A stretch of 64,000 nucleotides of DNA, taken from Tubulanus polymorphus (taxonomy: Eukaryota; Animalia; Nemertea). Where the stretch lies: NCBI RefSeq assembly GCF_964204645.1, contig NC_134027.1, forward strand, positions 14,416,485-14,480,484. Direction: 5' to 3'. The notes under the pieces were generated by a model that was not told where the DNA came from, made no database searches, and saw only the letters and a program-made list of their open reading frames with translations. The translations under genes were made by a program, and so were the position numbers. Of this stretch, positions 52,401 through 64,000 are shown one piece after another. The number at the start of each line of letters is the position of its first letter. The first letter of the stretch is position 1.

Positions 52401-53394
52401 TTATAGAATGTTAAAGTTTTATCTAAAACAAGGAATGGTTCTAAAAAAAGTATATAGATATATTTCATTCAGTCAATCTAAGTGGTTAGAAAAATATATA
52501 GATTTTAACACCAAACAGAGAACTAAAGCTAAAACTGATTTCGAGAAAGATTTCTTTAAGTTAATGAATAATGCATTCTATGGGAAGACTTGTGAAAATA
52601 TTAGAAATAGAAATGATATTGAGTTAATTAGTAATGGCAAAAGGATAAGGCCTTTACAAATATATCCTAAATTTATAGGTAACAGAATATTTGATGAAAA
52701 TTTAGCTGCAGTTAAAATGAGAAGAACATCAATGAAATTTAATAAACCAATCTATGTTGGCGCATCAGTTTTAGAATTATCAAGATTACTAATGTATGAA
52801 TTCTATTATAATGTATTACAACCACTTTTTGGAGAAAAACATATAGAAATATTATATTTTGATACCGATTCTTACATATTAAAGATAAAAACTGATAACA
52901 TAACAGATGATTTAAAAACATTAAAACATCATTTTGATTTTAGTAACTATCCTAAAGATCAATAATGCAATAGCAATGATAATAAAAATGTTCCCGGTAA
53001 ATTCAAAGATGAATTAGGTGGCGAAGAAATGATAGAGTTCATCGGTATTAGATCTAAAATGTATTCATATAAAACTAAAGAACATGAAGCTAAAAAGTTA
53101 AAAGGAATAACCAAAAGTGTAGTAGAAAAGAATATTCATTTCAAAGGTTACATCGATTGTATATTCAATGAAAAAGTTAGAAAACATAAGATGAGATGTT
53201 TAAGATCTGAAGATCATGAAATGTTTATTGAAGAAATTGAAAAGATAAGTCTAAACCCATTTGATGATAAAATATATATTTTAGATGATGGAATTCATAC
53301 AGTTGCTTATGGTTGCAATTTAGATGAATACTTAAACTTTAAAAGAGAAGAAACAAAAGAGAACGAGATAATGAAAAGAATTCTAACGTGTTAA
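49439..53394 (+). pseudogene. Near-full-length protein-primed PolB, intein-free, with several stops and frameshifts
   Basis: DDKCFLW..NHYMW, IYGDFES, RDHDHLNGKFRGAAHENCNL, HNLSGYD, YIDANNLYGWAM, KLMNNAFYGKT, YFDTDS, RSKMYSY. Confidence 0.95.
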
Positions 53395-53423
53395 TCAAAT
53401 TTTAATAAAAATATGTTATTAAA

Positions 53424-53777
53424 ATGGAGAGTAAACAAACACACAGTGAGAACAACAAATTATTTCTAGATAGAATTAAAGATATAACAAATGTAAAATC
53501 TGTAGATTATAAATTCAAAAAGTTAACAGAATTAAAAATTTATAAGAAATATCTAATTACAAATATTGATACGGTTACTAATAACTATGGAGATAAATTA
53601 GTTATACACTTAGAATATGAAGGATTAAAAGGAAATACATATAAATTCAGAACATATTTACCGGATAGATTTCATAGATTATCAAGTGAAGACTTAGAAG
53701 AATTATGTTCTGGAGATTTCTATTTCGTATACAAAGGTAAGAATGAGAAAGGGCACCATGAAATAGATTTCGAATAA
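53424..53777 (+). CDS. Small conserved protein (possible OB-fold SSB)
   Basis: Divergent homolog of 3306-3632. Confidence 0.7.
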   Translation: MESKQTHSENNKLFLDRIKDITNVKSVDYKFKKLTELKIYKKYLITNIDTVTNNYGDKLVIHLEYEGLKGNTYKFRTYLPDRFHRLSSEDLEELCSGDFYFVYKGKNEKGHHEIDFE

Positions 53778-53812
53778 GAAAATATGTAAAATAATATAAT
53801 AAAATAATATAA

Positions 53813-54568
53813 ATGGTAGAATTAAAAGAATATAGAATATTTGTTGATTTTAGAAAACTTACAAATTATAAATCTCATAATTTACTAGTACAATTAGATA
53901 GAGAATTTAAGAATTGTGTTAATTTAAAATTAGTAAATATAAGTTTATGTAATTCTTTTTATAATATATCGGATAAAACTTTTGAACATAGAGGGTTTAT
54001 GATTTATATGAGAAATAAAGATAAATGGTTTCATATATTTTTAAAACCAGGATTATATAATTTAGAATCATTAGCGCAAGAAATTAATAGAAGCGCTCGG
54101 TTGAAAATCGGGGGCACTTCTGTATTTGAAATTTAATTTAATAAAATTGATAGTACTAATAAAATAAGAATAAAGATATCTAATGAACAACATAAATTTA
54201 TGGTAAACAAACCACTGGCTAAAATGTTAGGAATTAAACCGCTTACAGTTACTGGAAACGCAGAAGGCAGCTCAAATATAATACCTTTAAAACACTTTTA
54301 TATTTATTGCAATTTAATCGATCCTACAAAAACTTTCGAAGCAACTAAAGAAACAATTTGTAGTTCTAGTATACTAAATATTTTACCGCTAAAAAATGTT
54401 AAACAATTTGGAACTCAAATAAATTATAATTTAACAGAATGTGATTTTAAACCATGCATTCCTCAATTTAATAATTTTAAATTAGAAGTAAGAAATCATA
54501 ATGGTTATTTAATTGATTTGAATAACTTTCCTGTAATGTATGATTTAATTATAAGATGTAAAGAGTAA
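53813..54568 (+). pseudogene. Minor capsid protein (one in-frame stop)
   Basis: Homolog of 12416-13170. Confidence 0.7.
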
Positions 54569-54584
54569 TTTTTTCACTATATAA

Positions 54585-54941
54585 ATGAATATAACTGTTG
54601 GACCGAGTATATGTTTTGGGTTTGATTTTAAACATGAGAAAGAAATGAAATTTAACATTAATGATGTAATTACACATATTAAAAATATTGCATTTTCTAA
54701 TGAAACAACATTTGAGTATGAACCAACAATAGATAAAGAAACTTTAAATGTAGAAAAGATTACTAATTTAATTAGAGAATCTTTAAGATTTTATGAATTA
54801 GATGAAGATTTTATCATCGATGATATTAAAAAAATAATAATTGAAATATATACAAATGAAACTAGTAATGAAATAAATGTTGATTTAATCATAAATAAGT
54901 TAACTAAATATTTTGAAGATAGTAATTTTTTTGATAAATAA
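54585..54941 (+). CDS. 118-aa hypothetical element protein
   Basis: TAAATG start; homolog in copy 1. Confidence 0.75.
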   Translation: MNITVGPSICFGFDFKHEKEMKFNINDVITHIKNIAFSNETTFEYEPTIDKETLNVEKITNLIRESLRFYELDEDFIIDDIKKIIIEIYTNETSNEINVDLIINKLTKYFEDSNFFDK

Positions 54942-55163
54942 ATGAGTGATAATAAGTGGATAATAACTGGATTATATAATGGCGCATTACTATCAGTTGG
55001 AACTGTTGGTTATTCAATGGTATTAAAAAAAGTATTCAAAATGGGAAGTGTTAATGTTGATAGATTTGATATAAATGATATTTTAAAATTAACATTAGCA
55101 GTTACTTTATCTAATTTAACTATTGATTATTTGGAAAAACAAAAATATATTCCTCCCATATAA
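54942..55163 (+). CDS. 73-aa hydrophobic protein
   Basis: Near-identical to 11823-12044. Confidence 0.8.
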   Translation: MSDNKWIITGLYNGALLSVGTVGYSMVLKKVFKMGSVNVDRFDINDILKLTLAVTLSNLTIDYLEKQKYIPPI

Positions 55164-55187
55164 ATGCGTATTTATTTTACTAAATAA

Positions 55188-55610
55188 ATGGCTTCTGCAG
55201 TTATAACTATTATAGGATCGGCAATTGTTAACGCTTTAGCATTTACTGGTGGCGGTTATTTATATAAGCATATTGATAAAAATGGATCATTAACAGAACA
55301 AAAAAGGCATAACTTAGCATTAGAGAAATATAATAAAGCAGCAGAAGAATACAGAGAAAAGAGGCAAAACTATATGGATTACATCAATAAAGAATTATAT
55401 GATCAGAAGATTTCACATAGAGATTTTCAATCAGTCGATGATGCAATGAGTTTATATAACGCGGTAAAAAATAAAGAAAAATTACATCTATACAAACCTA
55501 AATTATCAGATTATTATACCCCAAGTAAAGAACAACAGAAATATGAAATAATTTGCATTTTAGGTGGAACAGTTATTGTTATATTTGTTGCTTATAAGTT
55601 TACTAATTAG
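55188..55610 (+). CDS. 140-aa protein with terminal hydrophobic segments
   Basis: Near-identical to 11376-11798. Confidence 0.8.
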   Translation: MASAVITIIGSAIVNALAFTGGGYLYKHIDKNGSLTEQKRHNLALEKYNKAAEEYREKRQNYMDYINKELYDQKISHRDFQSVDDAMSLYNAVKNKEKLHLYKPKLSDYYTPSKEQQKYEIICILGGTVIVIFVAYKFTN

Positions 55611-55630
55611 TAATTTTTTTTGCTAAATAA

Positions 55631-56080
55631 ACGGAAGATAAAGTTGATAATATTGATATTATTCCTTATGACATAAATAAAACTAAATTAAAAATATATT
55701 TAGAAAAACAAATATTAGAATTTGAAAGTGACTTAAAGATAAAAAAGAAAAAATATTTAAAAAGTAAAATTATATATTATTTGATTATAAGTGGTTCAGT
55801 TACAATTAGTTCTGTAATAACATTTTTAGCAATATTCAGTCCATTAACACCTTTAGCTATATCAATTGGTGTGTTAGGATTATCATCAAGTGTATTAACT
55901 GGTATAAGTTCAAAATTAAATATAAAAAGTAATAAAGAAAAAATTAAAACTAATATAAAAGAAATTGATAAATTAAAGAACACACTAGATTATATAATAA
56001 GTTTAAATGGTCATGTAACAGTTGAAGAACAAGATAAATTATTAAAAGAATTATTAATTATTAATCTTTTAATTACATAA
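55631..56080 (+). pseudogene. Two-TM small protein (start mutated to ACG)
   Basis: Homolog of 10904-11354. Confidence 0.7.
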
Positions 56081-57403
56081 ATGGCAGATAGTTTTCCAAA
56101 AGCTTTCCAATATAATAAATCAATTAAACATAATATTCCAGCAATAGATTTTAATAAAGATATTACATATAGAAATGAAGTTTTAGATTCATTAATTGAT
56201 TTATATATTTATGTTACTGAAAGTAATAATTTTCATGTAAAGATGGAAAATATATATCATGTGTATACAATTAATTTCAAAAATTTAAATGAGGCAAAAC
56301 AATGGTTATTAAAATCTAATATGAAGTATTGGCAGAACCAATTAAATTTTGCTGTTTATTGCGCAACAACAGGATGTGGAATTAGTTGGAATGATCATGT
56401 AATCAAACCAAGTTTACCATTGATGTTATCACTTCTTAGATTTCATACATATTTTCAAATAAAATTAATATTAGATGAATTAGAATGTCCTTTACCAGGT
56501 TCAAAATATTTTAACGAATTGAATAATAATATTAATTTTTCTAAGTTTTATAAAATATGTAATGAATTTAATATTAATTCAAATAAAGATTTTAGAGCAA
56601 AAATTGGAACAATGGGTGGATTAGGAATATTATATACTAAAGAATTTGGAAAAATAATGACAAATACAGATATTAGAACACTAAATTGGAATGAATTACC
56701 AAAATATTATAATAATATACAACAACAAAACAATAATGGTTGGGTTAATTTCATTTTAGAAAATAGTGAAGGTTTTACTAAAGCTGGTATACAAAGAATA
56801 AATCAATCTATTAGAACTTATTTGATATGTATTTTAGGTGCGCAAGTTGAAACAAGATCCCCAATAATTGGAAATGATAACACTTCATTCGATGCGCAGA
56901 AACAATTCAAAGTATTATTTGACGATTTCATTCATAATGATAAAAATAGATCGATTCCAGAAAACATTGTAAGATATCAAAATTATTTAGATAAATCACA
57001 GATTAGATTAAATTATTGTATAGGCCCTAATCTATTAATTATTTCTAATGATTTAGTATTAAAGATGGGAAACATAATTGGTTATAATAATCTAATTAAA
57101 ACTGCAACAATAAATAATTCATTTGGATTAAATGATATAAATAAAAAGATTATTACTGCTCCAAAATTAATGGAAGGTGAAAAAAATAAAAAACATATTC
57201 AATCAACAGAAACTAAAACTAACGATATTAAATTAAATAATGATTCTAAACCGGATTATAATACATCAGAAAATATTAGAACTGATAATATTCAACATGA
57301 AATAATTAAACTAAATGATGATAATAAATCCCACGAAAATACTAAATTAGCTTTATCTTGTATAGGAATTGTAATCGGAGGAATATTATATTTTAAATTT
57401 TAA
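56081..57403 (+). CDS. 440-aa element protein of unknown function with C-terminal TM
   Basis: Long intact ORF; YWQNQLNFAVYCATTGCGIS conserved with copy 1. Confidence 0.85.
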   Translation: MADSFPKAFQYNKSIKHNIPAIDFNKDITYRNEVLDSLIDLYIYVTESNNFHVKMENIYHVYTINFKNLNEAKQWLLKSNMKYWQNQLNFAVYCATTGCGISWNDHVIKPSLPLMLSLLRFHTYFQIKLILDELECPLPGSKYFNELNNNINFSKFYKICNEFNINSNKDFRAKIGTMGGLGILYTKEFGKIMTNTDIRTLNWNELPKYYNNIQQQNNNGWVNFILENSEGFTKAGIQRINQSIRTYLICILGAQVETRSPIIGNDNTSFDAQKQFKVLFDDFIHNDKNRSIPENIVRYQNYLDKSQIRLNYCIGPNLLIISNDLVLKMGNIIGYNNLIKTATINNSFGLNDINKKIITAPKLMEGEKNKKHIQSTETKTNDIKLNNDSKPDYNTSENIRTDNIQHEIIKLNDDNKSHENTKLALSCIGIVIGGILYFKF

Positions 57404-57418
57404 TCTTTTATTATATAA

Positions 57419-59047
57419 ATGGAAGAAGATATTCCAATGGATCCTTTAGATGAACCTGGCATAACTGATGAACAACAACCTGATTTTAGTGAAACAAGTC
57501 TTAATGACGGTAATGATAATCAAAATAAAATATAATACTAATTTAGGTGAAGATGATGATAATGATGATGATGATTATGATGGAATTAATTCCGAATTAC
57601 GTGAAAAATTAATTAAATATTTAAAAGCTCCTGAAAGTGGTAGGATTTCAACTAGAACAGAAAGAAAAGAATTTATGAAACTATTAGAAAAACAACAAGA
57701 AAAATATCCTGATAAACCTATGGAATTATATAGAATGAAATCTAGAGTAACAGATACAATTGTTAACGAATTATTACCAAAAGTTGTAATAGATGAAATT
57801 GATTCAGAAGGTGTTGTAGAACAAATTTTAAAAGATGATCCATTTTTCATGAATAATTTAGAATTTAAAAATGATTCATGGTATTATAATCTTGAATTAA
57901 ATAGGAATATTGTAACAATTCAATTATCTTGAATGGGTCAAGAAAATATTTTTGAACCTGGAATGCGAGCATTATCTACAATTGAAGGTTCAAAAGGTGG
58001 TAGAGAATTTCTCAGAATTATATGGAATGCACTCGATAGAATAAATAAAGAAGAACCAATTCCTAATATTGATATAAACAAATATTCACCATTTAAAAAT
58101 CCAAATCCAAATCCTACTGATGTTGATCCAGAAACTGATGAAGATTTTGCAAATCGATTAGATAAATTAAGAACTTCAACACCAGAAACATCGAGAAGAG
58201 ACACTCAACCAATTGATAATGATTCAAGTCAATTACAATTAACATAAGAAAAACCAATTGATAGATTAAGAGATTCAGAAGAAGAGATGAATAGTATATC
58301 AGATACATCTGGTTCTGAAACTGGAATAAATCGAATACTATCTTTACTAGAAAAAGGATTACTTGATTTAAATTAAGAACATTTGAACATATTTCCTGAA
58401 AAAGCACGTAGAGAAATTAAAGGTGTACAAATATCAGCTGGTGAAATTGCTAATATTAAGATGAGATTTTCTAAAATAACCATGTTAGAAAAAGAATTAG
58501 CTAATGCAAATGAAGAATTAAAACAATTAGAATTAGATAAAAATCTTCAAGTAATAGAGGAAGCTGATTATGAAAGCAGAAAGTTAGCTTTAGAAAAAGA
58601 AATAGATGATTTAAAATATAACAAAGAATTACAGGAAAAAGAAAGAGATTATTAAAATCATATGATCTTAATCATATTAAAAAATTAAAAGTTATTTTTA
58701 AAGATTTGTTGATAAAACCAGATTCTAAAATATCATTGAAAGATAGAATAAAATTATTATTCAAATTAGAAGGAATAACAATTCTTTCAATTCTAACAGC
58801 TGTAACTATGTTATTTACAACAATTGGTTTAGCAATATCAAATGCTTTGAAATCTACTTCTAATCCCAATAAACCGGATAAACCCCCGAATGATAATAAT
58901 TCTATACAAGATAAAGTTAAGGATGGTTTAAAGAAATTAGCAAAATATTTATGGGAACTATCTAAAAAATCTGCTGCAGCTTTACCAGGAATTATTGTTG
59001 TAAGTGCTATTATTTTTGGATTAGTAAATATGATAAAAAATAAATAA
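57419..59047 (+). pseudogene. Large acidic/coiled-coil/multi-TM protein, disrupted
   Basis: Ends homologous to 8018-9498. Confidence 0.7.
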
Positions 59048-59067
59048 TTAATTTTTTTGTTAAATAA

Positions 59068-60310
59068 ATGAGCGGGAGTTATATCAATCCTTCTAAGAAT
59101 TATAGAATATCTAATGCTATTAAAGCAGAAAGATCACATCATATAATTACTCATAACCCTTCTAATATTAATCCTGAAACTTTATATGTTAGAATTTCTC
59201 GATTAACACAAAATACTTTTTACGTTCCAAATAGTATTTATTTATCAGCCGATATAAAAGTAATCGGTAATAATAATAATTATGTTGTTGATAATGTTGG
59301 AAGATATTTGATTAAAAAATTAACTATAAAGATTGGTCCAGAAACAGTTTTCTCATTAGATGATTATAATTTATTTATGCATTATAAAGATTTATGGTTA
59401 ACTAAAGAAAATAGAAATAATATGATATTTCAAGGAATCCAATCAGAAAACCAAAATAAATTAAGATCAGAAGCACATAATGCAATATTAACTAATTCTA
59501 TAGATAAATTGATAAAAAGTATATATGGAAGCAAATATAAAATTCCATTAGACTTTGAATTGATAAATAATAATGCACCTTTATATAAATACGCAATTCA
59601 AGAAGACGTTATATTCGAAATAACATTTGCTCCTGTAAATGAAATTGTATTATCTAGCGTTAATAAAGATATGAGTTATGAATTATCGAATATATGTTTA
59701 GAATATGATACAGTAACTGATGAAAATATTTCAAGTATAATTCAAACTAAATACAATCAAGGATTTTCATTATTATATGATTATATTGATAAATTTAAAA
59801 CTAACTATTAATGCAAATGATGAAATAATTAATGAGAATATTAACTTCCCAAGAAGATCTATTAAAGGTATATTAATATTTTTTACCATTGCAACATATA
59901 CTAATGGCGCAATAAATGTTGATAATTATCATAATCCTGAAATAACAAAAGTAGAAATAACTATCGAAGGAATAGCAAATAAAATATTTTGTCAAGGAAT
60001 GAGAATGATTGATCAATGGCCAGAAATTAGAAAACATTTTATGAATGAAAAAGTAAAATCATCTGAAAATTGTAATATTAATCAAATCGATTATTATACC
60101 GGTAATAAATATGCATTATGGTTAGATTTTAGAACAACAGAGGATAATTCATTACATGGTTCTGGAAAAAAACTACAGAACACTAAAGATGGAATACATT
60201 TATTTATGACAAAGAAAAAAGGAAGCCTAAATTTCAAAATGCACATTTATATTATATCTGACGCGCAATTAAATATTGTAAATTCTCAATTAAATAGTGT
60301 TATGTATCAA
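59068..60310 (+). pseudogene. Major capsid protein, frameshifted
   Basis: Near-identical to the copy 1 and copy 2 MCP. Confidence 0.85.
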
Positions 60311-60342
60311 AATTTTAACTTTAATAAAAATTTATATAATAA

Positions 60343-61262
60343 ATGGAAGGAGGTAAAGTATATAAACATATTCCATACATCGATACACATGAAAATAATG
60401 ATGGTTTATATTATGTAATACCTTGTAATATAGCTTTGATATTTGATCCTATTTTCAAAATTTATAAAACTAAACTAATAGAAATCGATAATAATAAAAG
60501 TGGTGTTGTTGATAATTTAAGCAATGTAATTGATAATAAAGTAATACCTTCTACATCTAATAATGTAATACCTTCTACATCTAATAATGTAATACCTACT
60601 ACATCTAATAATGTAATACCTACTACATCTAATAATATAATACCTTCTACATCTAATAATGTAATACCTTCTACATATAATAATGCAATAATATTAAATG
60701 TTAGTGAAAATAGAAATTATTGTGATTATTGTAAAGGCGAATTTTCAAACGCTCCATCAAATTGGAATAATCATATGAATACAAATTCACATATTACTAA
60801 TGTTATAAAACGTGTTGGTTTAAAAGAATTTATAGAACACCCATTTAGATATGTTACAAAGTTTGTTTCAAATCAAAAAGTAAATGGTGAAAAAATATAT
60901 GAAGATTTATTATTAGCAACACCTAATAAAGATGAATTAGATTTAACCAATGCTATTAAATTGAATCAAACATTGTAAATGAAATATTAGGAGCAAACAC
61001 TAATACAGATAATAATGAAAATGGCACCGTATGGCACCCACATGGTGATATGGTTACAGATAAGCATATTGATAATAAAGATTCTATGAAACTTAAATCA
61101 GAAAATAAAGATATAGTTGAGATGACTAATAAGTATATCAATAAACCAATTATTTATGAAGATTCGGTAGAGCATTTGAATAAATTGTTAGGGTTTGATG
61201 ATGAATTGGAGAGTGATGATGAAAGTGATTCAGAAAGTGATTATCTAACACTCAAAAAGTAA
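60343..61262 (+). pseudogene. Copy-3-specific protein with NNVIPSTS repeats, a C2H2-like finger and an acidic tail
   Basis: TAAATG start; 24-bp tandem repeat ~60534-60685; CDYC..H..H; probable frameshift near 60970. Confidence 0.6.
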
Positions 61263-61296
61263 TAAACGTTGAAAATTTTATAAAATTATAGTAAAT

Positions 61297-61640
61297 AAAA
61301 AAGGGGGTTTTAAGTATTAAGGTATCTAATACGTATCTAATACGTATCTAATACGTATTTAATACATATCTAATACGTATTATTTGAAAATACCTTAAAT
61401 TATATTTCTTTTTTAAATTTATATTGAAACCTCAGTTATAATAAATAACCTTTATTATTTTCAAACTTATTCATATATTAGTTGAAAAAATAAAAATAAA
61501 TTGGTTGAAAATTGTATAAATAATATTCATTTAAAAAAGGGGGGTTTTAAGTATTAATGTATTTAATAGGGTATCAGGTATTAGGGTATCTAATAGGGTA
61601 TCAGGTATTAGGGTATCAGGTATTAGGGTATCTAATACAT
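61297..61640. repeat. Duplicated intergenic unit with 11-15-bp tandem repeats
   Basis: AAAAAAGGGGG(G)TTTTAAGTATTAA twice (~61297, ~61533), each followed by GTATCTAATAC or GGGTATCAGGTATTA tandems. Confidence 0.75.
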
Positions 61641-61679
61641 AGATATATAAATAGTTATTTTATAAATTTATATTCATAT

Positions 61680-62218
61680 GGAAATTGTAATCTCAGTAAT
61701 AATTTTGAACCTTTATTATTCTTTAATTTATTCATATATTCATCATGTAATTCAGTAGGTATAATTTGATTTTCTTCCAATGATTATTGCATAGGTTTTC
61801 TATCTTTGTTATAAAATAAAACTAGAAATCTTATATTCTCCCTAAAGTCTTTAAAAATTGAATTATATTTTTGATTTAAAACCCATGTTGTTATCCCAAA
61901 ATGTCTCCCAGAGAAAGCTAAGTAACATAACTCACTTTCTTTCACTTTTGAATCATGTAAATTTGCGCAATCATCTACAATGAATAATGTATTTGATCCT
62001 TTATAAGTATCAATTGCTATTTTTATACAATTATCTAAATTTTCTTTTACTGTTTTAGGATTTGATATAATAAACTTTTTTATTTTAACTATATCTCTAT
62101 TATATGTTTTATTCATTTCATAAGTAGTAACAAATCTAATATGAAATGTTTTACCACAATTGGTTACACCAGTAACTAACATATTATGCGGTTCAAATAT
62201 AAATAAATCTTTATTCAT
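61680..62218 (-). pseudogene. Packaging ATPase, decayed
   Basis: GVTNCGKT, FIVDD, SGRH; deletions. Confidence 0.85.
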
Positions 62219-62702
62219 TTATTCTTTTAATTTTACTAGATAAAATCCATTCATTAAATTTATCATCATATCCTTTATATTTCACCAAAGAATACTTTTT
62301 TCCTTTAAGAATTTTTGTTTTCAATACTTTTTCTATTTTGTATTCTATTTCATCTGGGTTTGGTACAAGTGATAATTCTTGTTCATAGAAATAACCTAAT
62401 ATTTATTCATCTTTTAAATCTTCTAATTTATAAACAAATGGTTTAGTTAATATTATCTTTTTAATCTTGAATATTTCTTCTGTAAAAGTTTTATCCATTT
62501 TCTTGTGGATTTGATATGTTGGTTGATTTTGTAACCATGATTTCAATTCACTATATTTTATATCACCGTGTGGGTGCCATACGGCACCATTACCATTTTC
62601 CTTATCAGATTTAATTCTACCCCATAATTCTGTAACGTTAGAATATGATACTTCACTTTCTGGGTTATAATATAAATCTCTTAAATATTGTTCTTTTTTC
62701 AT
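62219..62702 (-). pseudogene. Integrase remnant lacking the DDE core
   Basis: EQYLRDLYYNPES..PTYQIHKK joined directly to FTEEIFKIKKIILTKPFVYKLEDL. Confidence 0.8.
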
Positions 62703-62708
62703 CTTATT

Positions 62709-63077
62709 TTAATCCATTAATAATAATTTAGATTTAGTTTCAATGACTTTATGATTTGACTTATTTTCTGGTATGATAGGTTTATTATCATTGGAATCAT
62801 CTTTATCATCAGATTTGAATTTTGATTTATATATTACACCGGATAATATAATAACTGTTACTAATCCAATTGTAATATATAATTTATAATTACTTCCAGC
62901 ATTAGAAGAATCAGATGGATCATTATTTGAATCAATATCAGATAAAGTCTGTGATTCATTTATATCAGTAAATTTCTTTTTCTTAGCTTTTTTTAATTTT
63001 GAAGATCTTTTACCTAATTCTCTTGCCCATTTAATTTGTTTTTCAGATCTAGCCTTTTTCTTAACGCCATCACTCAT
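62709..63077 (-). CDS. Basic N-terminus, single-TM protein
   Basis: RSEKQIKWARELG; homolog of 45542-45925. Confidence 0.75.
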   Translation of the reverse strand: MSDGVKKKARSEKQIKWARELGKRSSKLKKAKKKKFTDINESQTLSDIDSNNDPSDSSNAGSNYKLYITIGLVTVIILSGVIYKSKFKSDDKDDSNDNKPIIPENKSNHKVIETKSKLLLMD

Positions 63078-63672
63078 TTATTTTAGTTAATTTTTGTTCT
63101 GATTCATTTTCTGTTTCACGGTTTGGTTGTAGTACATCTGTTTCATTCTTACCTGATTTATATTCCATAGGCTTGATGTTCGAAAATGTTATGACGCCAG
63201 TAGAAATTAATGTCATAACCGATCCTAATTGAAATGAAGCATAACCAACCCATTTTTGTAATTCAGTCATAACTAAGTAGTCATTTTTCAAATCACTATA
63301 TAATTTATTTTCATCATCAATTGGTATTAACCGGTTACATAATTTTGAATAACATTTGACAATACCATCTGAAATAGAATCATTTATTCGGGCTAATCTT
63401 GCCTCTTCATAAATCTTAAAATATTTTATTACTTTATCTGGTTTCATAGCATCTAATTCTTGAAAAGTAATAATTCTATTTAAAAACTCTTTAGTTTTTC
63501 CACCGGCAATCAATAGTTCTAGATGATGCTTACAATATAAATAGTATTCATAATCTATATTACAATTAACTTGAGCACAATTAGTTACAACTGTATCTTT
63601 ATTATCACTTATACCCAAATCATCTAATGTTTTTTCAATATCAATACTATTCTTATTAGATTTCTTTGACAT
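63070..63672 (-). CDS. Conserved 200-aa element protein
   Basis: Intact homolog of 4183-4696 and 45004-45518. Confidence 0.8.
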   Translation of the reverse strand: MSKKSNKNSIDIEKTLDDLGISDNKDTVVTNCAQVNCNIDYEYYLYCKHHLELLIAGGKTKEFLNRIITFQELDAMKPDKVIKYFKIYEEARLARINDSISDGIVKCYSKLCNRLIPIDDENKLYSDLKNDYLVMTELQKWVGYASFQLGSVMTLISTGVITFSNIKPMEYKSGKNETDVLQPNRETENESEQKLTKINE

Positions 63673-64000
63673 TTATGTTAGAGAAAAAAAGCAAAAATAA
63701 TATTATAAGTATTCTTCAAATGATACTAGCTAGTTAAAGCTAAAGAATTCTAGTATTGACTACTGATACTAGCTATTTGAATTTAAAGAATTTCTATTTG
63801 AATCTATTCAAAATATAAAGTATTCTCTTTTTGAAAAGAAAATATTAAAAATATAATAGAATTCACTAGCAGTTGAAGTTATTGTTTTTTTATTATATTT
63901 TATTTAAATTAGGATTTAATATCTCACTACTATTGTCTATCTATTAGGAGCAGTAATTATAACTGTCCAGATAAGTCATTTCGGATCCTTGATATCAAAT

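Larger units (their letters stand above)
49263..64000 (+). mobile_element. Polinton/Maverick-like endogenous virus, copy 3 (runs off the window; right arm inverted/reordered or from a fourth copy)
   Basis: Terminus AGTAATAGGGGTAATAGGCTTTCAGG, followed by pPolB, capsid genes, ATPase and integrase remnants. Confidence 0.9.

Overview
AT-rich, repeat-dense eukaryotic DNA, probably from an invertebrate animal; the host cannot be identified from sequence alone. It holds three decaying copies of one Polinton/Maverick-like (adintovirus-type) endogenous virus family. Copy 1 (2927-~17860, mainly - strand) is truncated inside pPolB. Copy 2 (38091-46711, +) has both TIRs, a near-perfect 6-bp TSD, a large internal deletion and a Helitron in its capsid gene. 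Copy 3 (49263 to beyond the window end) has a rearranged right arm. The family encodes protein-primed PolB, major and minor capsid proteins, an rve integrase and a packaging ATPase; no adenain-like protease was seen. Three signals stand out. (1) Copy 1 pPolB carries a ~353-aa LAGLIDADG intein in the catalytic YFD|TD motif, while copy 3 has the empty allele. (2) Copy 1 encodes a Zn-finger protein whose C-terminal half resembles poxvirus late transcription factor VLTF-3 (A2L). (3) Nearly every viral gene starts at a T-tract..TAAATG motif, the poxvirus late-promoter core. Together these suggest, as inference only, a virophage-like hyperparasite of a pox-like cytoplasmic virus. The spacer DNA contains a Penelope-type minimal hammerhead ribozyme, a spliced Ginger-like integrase, a spliced USP pseudogene, MITEs, LINE fragments, microsatellites and a ~146-bp satellite. 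Protein family calls are by motif recognition, not database search.
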